A stretch of 59,870 nucleotides of DNA, counting the filler. It is 4 parts of 4 records of this genome, joined end to end, with 100 filler letters (N's around TTAATTAATTAA, not from the genome) between each part and the next. Parts side by side here need not be neighbours in the genome. Positions count along the whole stretch, not along the records: positions 9,339 to 37,532 come from SRR20825019_2601; positions 37,633 to 44,946 come from SRR20825019_2608; 2 more parts are not named here. The stretch is one strand, 5' to 3'. The first letter of the stretch is position 1. Each line of letters begins with the position of its first letter. The notes beneath the pieces are model-generated. The model saw only the letters and a program-made list of their open reading frames with translations, had not been told where the DNA came from and did no database searches. A program made the position numbers and the translations under genes. Below are positions 33,121-41,998 of this stretch, one piece after another.

Positions 33121-36100
33121 TCACCGAGGGGTGTTGTCACCTTCGACCTGAATAGCTGAGAGTTTGGTCTCCAGGAACGCAGCTAGCTGCTCATATCCGG
33201 ACGAGAGCTCTACTAAGCCTGCTTTGTATGAGTGCCACATGCCTAAATTCATGGTAAGGGCAGAGACCACATCGTCTATGTTCAGTGCTGTTGTTGAAAG
33301 AACCAGTCTCCAATCATTCAGGTTGGCATGTCGAGCAGCAGAACTTAAGGTCCGCAGGTCAGCTATCCTATCACACAAAGGATGCCCCTGTCCGCCATGA
33401 GGAGTTCGGGCGGATGCGACAGTCGCCTCGATTGCTGTCTCCATGAGTGAGTTGGATGGCTTCGGAACGGCCATATCACCATGAATCTTTGACAGCACAA
33501 CACTATATCGCTCTACATGTTTGACATTGGCTGCTTCCTGCACCAACCAATCCGCTGGGTCGATGCCTATAACACTGCGTCATTACAAATTGGGAACGCG
33601 GCTACCAAGCACTTACCTAAACCCCGGCACAAGTGCATCAGGGGTGACATCCGTCCTTCTCTGAACAGCTCGTGCAAATGCTCACACAAAACTTCCTCCA
33701 AGGGACCTCGCCTGCCCCCAAACAGAATGGCCGGCATATGGGTAGCATCCACGGATGAGTGCTTCCGGGGAGGCGGGCTCTCGATGGCTGACTCGGCACC
33801 GGATTCGCTTCCCATCTCAAAGCGCGAAGACAAGAATCTCACCAGTTCAGCTATGAGCTCCACATCCGATGTTTGCAGCGACTGCAAACCATTCTCAATG
33901 CCATGCAAACATTTGCCACAAGCAAAGTCACTCACCTGTCTAAACAGCTCCATTCCTAAGCGCTGACACACCTCCTGCCCCTCCATTGTCTGAATTACTA
34001 GCAAGTAGAGCGCAGCCGTTCGAAGTTCCCCCGATGAGACACATTCCTGGAACAACACTTCGGGCCGCCCAACGAGGTCAAAATAATGTGACCATCCAGT
34101 ATAATCAGTTTTCCTTGCACAATTAACTAAGATTAGATGATAATGAACAGAGTGATGAAGCAGCTCCAGCACTCGCTTAAAGAGGTCAGGCGGTTTCACA
34201 ACAGCTGACGCAATATCCACATCGCGTGGTGAGCGATTCAATGCTTGCTGTTTTGCTTTCTCCTTGAAATATCGGAACTCATCCTCGTAGCAACTGTACA
34301 GCAGCAGTTCCAGTGACGATGTCAAGTACGGAAGGTGCGCGAGGTTAGCGCAAAGAGATCTTACAGGACCAACAGACTTAGTCCGGAGCAAGTACTTGAA
34401 GATGGAATGTAAGAATGGTTGAACCACAGGCCGAATCGAGAATGTAGGCAACGAACTTCCATGGAAAGTTGTCACGCTGCTAACACCAACAATTACACCC
34501 GAGCCTGAGAGAATCCCCTGGCACATGACTTCCTTGTCTGTTTCCAGAATAGAATCACATATGAAAGCCTCACGCCTCTGTCCAGGGTATAGCAGTTGCA
34601 AGCCACTGCTGCTATAGCACCAGAGTGTACTCTCCGTCAGCAAGGCGTCTACAAACCAGAAATTCTCGGCATTCTTCATGATGATGGCCTCACGACCGGA
34701 GCCAATCGTCAATATGGAGAGTCTACGATTCAAATGCGTTAAGCCACATACACTAGGAAACAAGTCTCTCTCACCTTCCGTTTCCACGAAGCATAAAGCA
34801 CTGCGTTGGGGATGCCCCAGTGATCGCGGTGGTGCCATTCTGATTGGCTGAAGATGCGCCAAACTCCATGTTCGTGCGTGAGAGGCAGACATATGCCGGC
34901 ACAGGCAAATTGTCAGCGAATCGGCACGTTGATATCATTTCAATGGACAGCTTCGTCATCCCTTCCATGTCATCCCATTGCCCATTAAAATGGTACAAGA
35001 CTGCCTCATGGGTGTGCGCAATTACCAATAGATAGTCATCGTGAACATCCATGCATGCAGGCACGCAGTCTAGTCTCTCGCACAAAAGCATCCCGTCAAG
35101 GTCTAGTTGGTCAGGGTGAAAGCACCGCAGCTCAACCGAGTTGTAACCTGTCTCGTGCACCAACACCAAGATGTCACCATGCCACAGTAACCCGCGCACA
35201 GATGTAGCCCGCTCCTGCCGCAGGTCGTTGAACGTTTCCCATTTTCCAGTGTTGACACATAGCACTGCCACTCCGTGTGTTCCCGACACTGCAATTCGTC
35301 GGCCATCTTTGTCAGGGGCAACGTAGCGGATGGGCCAATTATCATTAATATATGACTTCTTCACCTGTTTCGACGAATTCAGGCCATTGCACCAACACCA
35401 GATACTCAGATGGAACTCACCTCCACGTGCGACCACTTGGGGCGCTTCCCGGGAGAATGCTTGAGAAGAACTATAGAGTCGCTTCCTTGGAATGTGACCC
35501 CGGCCGCCTCGTTCTTGTTGACATTGTGAATGCAGCACTGCTTGATAAATGACAACTCGCACAGCTCGAACTGATCTTCGTCTTTCGCCGCAATAAGGAG
35601 AAAGTATCCCTGAGTAGCCCAGACCACACAGGAGGCCCCGTGCCTTGCGGGTTCAAGACATCTCCCACCTGAAAACTGAGGAATCGTGCAGCTCAGCCTG
35701 GTACCCACGGGTGACCATACAGCCACGCCCCTCTTGCTATACCCCACTGCCAGTGCATGTCCGTCGTCGGTCCACTGCATGCACTCCACCCCACCGGTTT
35801 CCTCGGGATCCAGATTCCAATGGCTCATCTCCAGGCATCCACACGCCTCATTCCCGCTCCCCTTGGCGATGCTGAACATCTTGGTGTGGCCCTGGCTCGT
35901 CCCAACCGACACCAGGAGTCGTCTATCGTTGATGCGGACACATGTCCCGTCCTCCACAGCCAGCCACGACCCGTTCCGGAACGAATGTCTGTTCCATGTC
36001 ACCTTGCCCTGCAAAGTCATGGTGTCTGTTTTGCAGAAGCACAAACCAGCCCGCCCGGACGACGTTACAATCGCTGCGAGAACTTGTTGGAAATAGCCTT

Positions 36101-36922
36101 GTCATTTTTATTGTGACAGCACTTACCCAGCATGCGAATGTGCGGCCGTACATGGACGTCCACCACGGCCTCCTCTGACGAGCCATTGAAAACGTTATCA
36201 CAAAGGCTTTCCAGCTGCACCCCATGGCCCGACCACGGCACCAGAGCGATGTGCATGTTCTCAGTGCCAACGAGGACACTGCTCCCATTATCCACAAGAC
36301 TGCGGCACTAAGTCAGAGACGGTCAACCTCCTCATGTTCACACATACCAGAATGCGGCCTTCCCACACTCGATGGTTCGCGCCTGTTTGATATCCACCTG
36401 GGAGTAGCTGAGCCCGGGCCATGCCGCAGAACCACTTGAGAAAAACCCCCCTCCCTCCTTGACAGGCGTCACAGTGAAAACGTGCACAAATCCATTGGTC
36501 GTCTGGCGTGAGCAGTTAGCTTTGGAGGATAGGGTGATGCGTCATCATACCAGTGCGGCTAGCTGGGAGGTGAACGTACACCAGCATATATCAACGTAGG
36601 GCCCCTCTGCCTCAAGAGCCGCCGTGCTCTGTCGCTCTAGTGCGCCCAGCAAGATCCGGTACTGAACCAGGTGTCAGCGACAGCAATCCTGAAAGCAAAG
36701 GGACAACACCGCACCTTTCCTCCTGACCAGATCGTGACGCCTACTGGTGTGACACACGCCAGTAGATCAAAGTCCTCGCTGTAGACTGAGCGAATGACAT
36801 TCCGGTTCGACCGCACCCCAGCTATATGCACCCATCAGCACCTTAGTCACATATCAGCTGGATTCCTTACGCTTGTGGCCGCCGTGGGAATACGTGCGCG
36901 GCTGGCCAGTGCAGAAATACAT
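33121..36922 (-). CDS. RIC1: RAB6 GEF complex subunit RIC1; multi-exon
   Basis: N-terminal MYFCTGQPR; YINDNWPIRY; RIC1-domain VNCARKTD..W..YF...G.P..LF..C....LRTAALYLLVIQ. Confidence 0.9.
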
Positions 36923-36999
36923 ATCCGGTGGAGGAATTTCGACATCGTGGAGCGGCGCCATATATATGTCTATGTGCACTTGGTGGCGTTACCAGTGAG

Positions 37000-37532
37000 T
37001 ACTACCGGAGCGCTGTTGATGGTCGGATGGCCCTACTATCCCGGCCATGAGAGTTTGGGTCACCGCCTGCGCGTTGGGCCGTGCCGTGACCGGCCGAGTC
37101 GGGACCGGCGTGACGGCGCGGCGGCTCCGCCGCCGGTCGACGGCGGGCGGCGCTAGCGCGCGCCCCGGGACCCCCGGTCCGGACCACCGGCATGGAAGTC
37201 CCGTCCGGCACCGCCGGCGCCCGGCCGCCGGGGCGGGGCGGGGCCGGGGGGGGTCCGCGTCGTCACCGCTGACCCGGCCTGACCGGTCCCGGAGTCCGGT
37301 CATCGCATCACTGGCTCAGCCAGGCAGGCCGCAGTCAGTTGCCCCGGGCGGGGTGCAGTGCCGGTCAGTGGCCGGACCCGGCGGACCGGCCTGGGGTGAG
37401 GAGTCTCTCCGCCGCGTCGGTCGGTCGCCAGCCGCTGCACCCCGGCCAGCGCCGGGCGGGGCGCGGCCGGGTGCCGCGCCGCGCGGCCCCGTGCCCGGGC
37501 CCCGGGCCGCCAGTGACCCCCGCGGGGCTGGT
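37000..37532. promoter_or_regulatory. GC-rich island upstream of RIC1; the contig ends inside it
   Basis: Extreme GC with CAGTCAG/GTCAGTG/CAGTGAC words. Confidence 0.5.
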
Positions 37533-37632
37533 NNNNNNNNNNNNNNNNNNNNNNNNNNNNNNNNNNNNNNNNNNNNTTAATTAATTAANNNNNNNNNNNN
37601 NNNNNNNNNNNNNNNNNNNNNNNNNNNNNNNN
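37533..37632. other. Artificial contig linker
   Basis: N44-TTAATTAATTAA-N44. Confidence 0.98.
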
Positions 37633-38892
37633 GAATTGTTCAGCCAGGTGGGCAAATTCGGCAAATTCTTCAGCGTAACCTGGTACTGTCTCGGCGACGC
37701 TGCGCCAGTTAGCTCGCTCAGAAGATTGTCCGAGGAAACGAATAAGGTGATCCGTAGACAGGTCTGTTGCTAACAGCCGTTCCTTGAGCTGATCTGCTGT
37801 TAGTAGTCCTTTTTCGTTCCTCGAACCGGAAAGCACCAGCGCATCTTGCAACTCCATCGCCCAAAGGGTCGGGTGCGCATCAGGATATTTTTCAAACATG
37901 CCATCAACGGCCTGCTGTCGTCTGGCGGCTTCCCTTTCACCGTAAGACGAGACGAACGACATTGATCGATCTTCAACCATTTCCTGTCGTTGTTCTTTAA
38001 CTGGGGTAAGGGAGAGGCGTCTTTCCGGCTCCATGATCCAGGTGCGAATGTTTTCCGCATCGCGTGCCGCCTGAAACAGAATGTTGCGATCATCTTTGAT
38101 CGCAGCCATCCAGTTTTTCACGTAGGGGGCATGGCGTTCCGGGTAATGGCCGAGGCCCAATTCGGTTGTCAGCATGAAACTGGCAATTTCTGCCCGGAGT
38201 TCTTCTCGGGCATAGGTTTCAGACCCGAACGGTCCGAATTCCCGGGCCATGCGAGATTGATGGCCCGTCGAATGTCCGCCTTCATGTAGTGCTGTGGCGT
38301 AATATTCGTACTGCCCCTTGAACCAGCCTTTTGGCGGCATGTGGATTTCATCGCTACCTGGTTGATAAAAGGCCCGATCGCGTTGATCATGATGGATCGG
38401 CACTCCCAACTGAGAAAGTGCCTGTTCGGCCCGTTCCACCGGGTTGAAATCGGGTTCCATGCCGACATAGGGGGCCAAACCGTCAATCTGCGTGCCATTG
38501 AAAACGACAGCGTGAAAGACCTTCGGTCGATCCAACTTGAATTCGCGATATCGTTGTTTGCCCTCAGGATCGAGAACCGGGTTGCCAGCATCATCTTTAA
38601 TCGGCTGGCGCTCAGACCACTGCCAGTATTCGATCTGAGTACCTTTTTCGCCTTTACGAACCTGATATCCGTTGGCTTGTGCCTGGCGATATGTCACCCA
38701 ACGCGGATCTGCATAACCGCGAGATTCAAGCCAGATCTGATTAATGCCGCGATAGGCTTTGCCGGTGGAGGGATTAAAGGAAGGCTCGCGGACATTTCCG
38801 GGCTCCCAGGGCTTTTGCCAGGGGGCTGTACCGCGTTCCATTTGCTCAATTAGGGATTCTACGACCTGATCGCGAAAGTTCGGTTTAGCCAT
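37633..38892 (-). CDS. ardC: ArdC-family antirestriction ssDNA-binding protein (DUF1738 plus zincin-like domain); 3'-truncated
   Basis: APWQKPW, YRGIN, RWVTYRQA...VRKGEKG, AFY...DEIHMP, LHEGGHSTGH..R, YAREELRAE, Y...W. Confidence 0.9.
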
Positions 38893-39124
38893 GGCCCTTT
38901 ACCTCCTCGATCGCGGTCGGATCTTCGCCGTCGAAATGGCTATCAAGTGCATCATCAAGAGACAGCGCCGGCTCATCAATCGCACCCATCGCCTCGGCGA
39001 CATCCGGATCGACAGAAACCGGGCCTAGATCGCTTGCGGTCGAAACCGCGAGGGATGCGAGCTTGAGAAATTCGTTGTCGGTCAAACGGGCATTTGCACC
39101 CGTATTTTGTTCAGGCTGCTTCAT
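38885..39124 (-). CDS. Small acidic hypothetical protein
   Basis: 79 aa; overlaps the virD4 stop and the ardC start, which suggests translational coupling. Confidence 0.65.
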   Translation of the reverse strand: MKQPEQNTGANARLTDNEFLKLASLAVSTASDLGPVSVDPDVAEAMGAIDEPALSLDDALDSHFDGEDPTAIEEVKGHG

Positions 39125-40970
39125 GGGATTTCTCCATCATTGGCGAACTGTTCTGGTTGACGGGATGTGGATGCATTTCAGGCGGCGGCATCTGAGAACG
39201 ACGGTTGAGTTCTTTATCAAGGAAATAAAGGCTTTGAGTGCCGTGGATAGGCGGCGAGCCAGCCACGAAAATAAGCGCATCACCTGGTCGGGGCTTTTTA
39301 CCCTCGGTATCGATTACCGGCAGGCGCATGCATTCGTCTGGGGTCAGCAGTGGACGTGACGTTTCCTGGATGTTGTCGGAGTTCGACCCGACAAACTGTC
39401 CGGACTTTCCGGATTGCGAACGACGTTTCTGAACGATTGTCGCCCGGCCGGTCATTTCCGAGATCAGTTTCGCTGTTTCCAGCTTGTTCGGGGTGAAGGC
39501 AATCCGCACCTTGGAGTTTGCCATCAGGGATTCATCCTTGCCGTAGCATTTATGAAGCTGCTCGACATTCTGGAAGATCATGTATGCCCGGATGCCGTAG
39601 CCAGCCATGAAGGCCAAGGACTCTTCGAGGATTTCCATCTTTCCCCATGCGGCCAGCTCGTCGAGCATGAGAAGCAATGGATGCTTGAAGCTGGCCGCAA
39701 GACTTTCTGTTTGGCGACGCAGGAAGAGGTTCAACATGATCCGGATCAATGGGCGCAAACGGTCTTTGTCGGACGGACTGACAACCAGAAAGAGTGCCAT
39801 CGGCCGGTCGCCATTCATCAGATCGGAAAGCCGGAAATCGCTTACGGCGGTGTTTCTCGCAACGATCGGATCGGCAAAAACCGTCAACTGCGTTTTAGCG
39901 TTGGAATGAACGCCTGAACGTTCTTGCGGAGCCTTGATCGCCATGCTGTTTGCGCCACGACGGACTTCCTTGTTCACGTGCGCGAGGCCGTGGTCGTAAT
40001 CGGCCATCGCTTCGAGGATCTTCACAAAGTTGTCCTGGGCCGACATCTGATCGTCGGGAGCTTCTTCAGAAGCCCCTTCGCGGGCGGCTTCAATCGCATC
40101 GACCGGTGGTTTCACTGTCGAAATACCGGAAAGAAACGTGTTCACATCGTCAAAACAGGCGATGCGTTTTTCTTCCTTTTTGATCTTATAGAGAACATGC
40201 AGAAGGACGACCGAGAGCCAGCCAAAGCCCTCTTCGCGCCAGTAGTTACCGGCCATGCCTTTGCCGTCCGGATCAATGATCATCGCCGCGATATTCTGGC
40301 AATCCGCAATATCGCGTTCCGTCTCAATGCGGACTTCTGCCAGAGGATTGAATCTTGACGATCCGCTGATTGCGGCCGGTTCGAACTTCTCCACACGGAT
40401 GCCGAAGAACTTCAGCCATCCGGAGGTTTTCATGAAGTTCTCGCCTTTGATGTCCAGGGTAAGGCTGGAATGCACCCAGGTGAGCAGGGTGGCGATAATC
40501 AGCGAGACGCCTTTACCGGTACGGGTCGCTGCCCAAACCAGAACATGTTCGGGGCCCTTATGTCGGAGGACGCGGATCTTGCCGCGCCAGTTGCGAACCG
40601 CCCCGACAATGACGGAATCACCGTCTTTGCGAAACAGGCGGGCTTTGCGGATGTCCTTCATGGTCGCCCATCTGGCCGAGCCATGCAGTTCGTTTCCTCT
40701 ACGCGAGCCGGCAACGGTATCGTTTCTGGCCTTGGACATGAGAACGCCAACTACGATCATCAGCAGCACGCCGCCGACGGCCGTATAAAATGCCGGATAG
40801 AGCATTTCTTTAGGCAAACCGGCCGGGTGAATAGCTGCAGCTCCGAGCCATTTCCACCATGCCGGGTTTCTTGGGTCGAAACCGACCTCGAAATGCCAGA
40901 GGCCGATAACGCCGGCAATCATGCCAAGAAGGATGACGACAAGGAAAAAGTGACCGAGGCGCTGGCTCAT
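39111..40970 (-). CDS. virD4: Type IV coupling protein VirD4/TraG
   Basis: Two N-terminal TM helices, HGSARWA, ATRTGKG Walker A, LDIKGE, RFNPL, LMLDE Walker B, RPLLTPDE. Confidence 0.93.
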   Translation of the reverse strand: MSQRLGHFFLVVILLGMIAGVIGLWHFEVGFDPRNPAWWKWLGAAAIHPAGLPKEMLYPAFYTAVGGVLLMIVVGVLMSKARNDTVAGSRRGNELHGSARWATMKDIRKARLFRKDGDSVIVGAVRNWRGKIRVLRHKGPEHVLVWAATRTGKGVSLIIATLLTWVHSSLTLDIKGENFMKTSGWLKFFGIRVEKFEPAAISGSSRFNPLAEVRIETERDIADCQNIAAMIIDPDGKGMAGNYWREEGFGWLSVVLLHVLYKIKKEEKRIACFDDVNTFLSGISTVKPPVDAIEAAREGASEEAPDDQMSAQDNFVKILEAMADYDHGLAHVNKEVRRGANSMAIKAPQERSGVHSNAKTQLTVFADPIVARNTAVSDFRLSDLMNGDRPMALFLVVSPSDKDRLRPLIRIMLNLFLRRQTESLAASFKHPLLLMLDELAAWGKMEILEESLAFMAGYGIRAYMIFQNVEQLHKCYGKDESLMANSKVRIAFTPNKLETAKLISEMTGRATIVQKRRSQSGKSGQFVGSNSDNIQETSRPLLTPDECMRLPVIDTEGKKPRPGDALIFVAGSPPIHGTQSLYFLDKELNRRSQMPPPEMHPHPVNQNSSPMMEKSHEAA

Positions 40971-41998
40971 GCTGCCCTCCCGTCTTTGAGGATGAAGTTG
41001 TCGTTTCGCGGCTGCCAGATATCGGTGATGCGCCGGAAACCGTCCTGATCGCGTTTGATCTGGACAACCAGATCAACCATTTCCGTGAGGAATTCGGGGA
41101 TACGATCCATCTTCATCCCGGCCCAGGCGATGTTCTGATCGAACTTGCGATGGATTGCGTGTTTCGGATTGGTCGAATGGATGGTGAAGCTGACACCGGT
41201 TGCGCCAGCATTCAGCGTACCGAGAACGGCAAAGGCATTTTTGGTGCTGATTTCCCCGAACGGCACACGATCCGGGGTGATGCGGTTGACGTGATCGAAC
41301 AGAACACGCCAGTCAACCATGCCGCTGTTATTGTCGCTCTCACGCGCTGCAAGCAGTCCGTTGCCGTCCCAGAAACGATCGAGGAACAGTTCCATTGTGT
41401 CCTCAAGCGCGATAACGCGGACAAAATCTGCTACCGACGACAGCAGAAGATTGAGCAGGGTGGTTTTGCCAGTGTTCGTTCCTCCCGAAATGGCAATGTT
41501 CCATCCCTTAATCATCGCTTCGATCAGCAGATCCTTGATCTCGCTTTCACACTTGATGTTTCGGCGCTCCATGGCGTCATCAAGGAAATCGCGATTACCT
41601 TTCTGGGTTGCCGCGATCAGCTGATCCCATGTCGGTGTGAAAGGGTGTTTACAACGAATTGCGAGGCTCAGACCCGATCGGACAGAGGGTCCGACTAGGC
41701 ATTCAAAACGATGCCCTTCATCCAGTGCGGTTGACAGGATCGGGTTGGTATCGGCATTGAAATTAAGACCGCGCCCATTCGAGAGACTTTTGCACAACTT
41801 CTCGATGACGGCCTGTGTCAGTTCAGGATCATCGATCAGCTGCTTACCTTCACCGCGCCGGTCGACGACAATCTTGCCCGGCCCATTGAGCCGGACTTCG
41901 ATTGTTCTAGGGTCGTCATAGTATTTCGCGAGAGGTGCGACGATGCGCTTGTAGATCGGATTGATTGGAAAGATGGCGTTCACCGGACCCACCCCCAT
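40967..41998 (-). CDS. virB11: VirB11/CpaF-family traffic ATPase (divergent)
   Basis: GGTNTGKTT, ALEDTMEL Asp box, PDRVPFGE, TIHS His box. Confidence 0.88.
   Translation of the reverse strand: MGVGPVNAIFPINPIYKRIVAPLAKYYDDPRTIEVRLNGPGKIVVDRRGEGKQLIDDPELTQAVIEKLCKSLSNGRGLNFNADTNPILSTALDEGHRFECLVGPSVRSGLSLAIRCKHPFTPTWDQLIAATQKGNRDFLDDAMERRNIKCESEIKDLLIEAMIKGWNIAISGGTNTGKTTLLNLLLSSVADFVRVIALEDTMELFLDRFWDGNGLLAARESDNNSGMVDWRVLFDHVNRITPDRVPFGEISTKNAFAVLGTLNAGATGVSFTIHSTNPKHAIHRKFDQNIAWAGMKMDRIPEFLTEMVDLVVQIKRDQDGFRRITDIWQPRNDNFILKDGRAA

Noticed and set aside
9421-36922. Fragmented ORFs as pseudogenes, frameshifts or an alternative genetic code
   Set aside because: Wherever checked, short GT-AG introns restore continuous reading frames under the standard code
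11128-37584. Many overlapping Pro/Gly/Arg/Ala-rich ORFs in the GC islands (e.g. 27776-28486, 16212-16619, 37047-37580)
   Set aside because: They are explained by stop-codon scarcity in very GC-rich DNA; they occur in all frames, have no domains and show no intron structure
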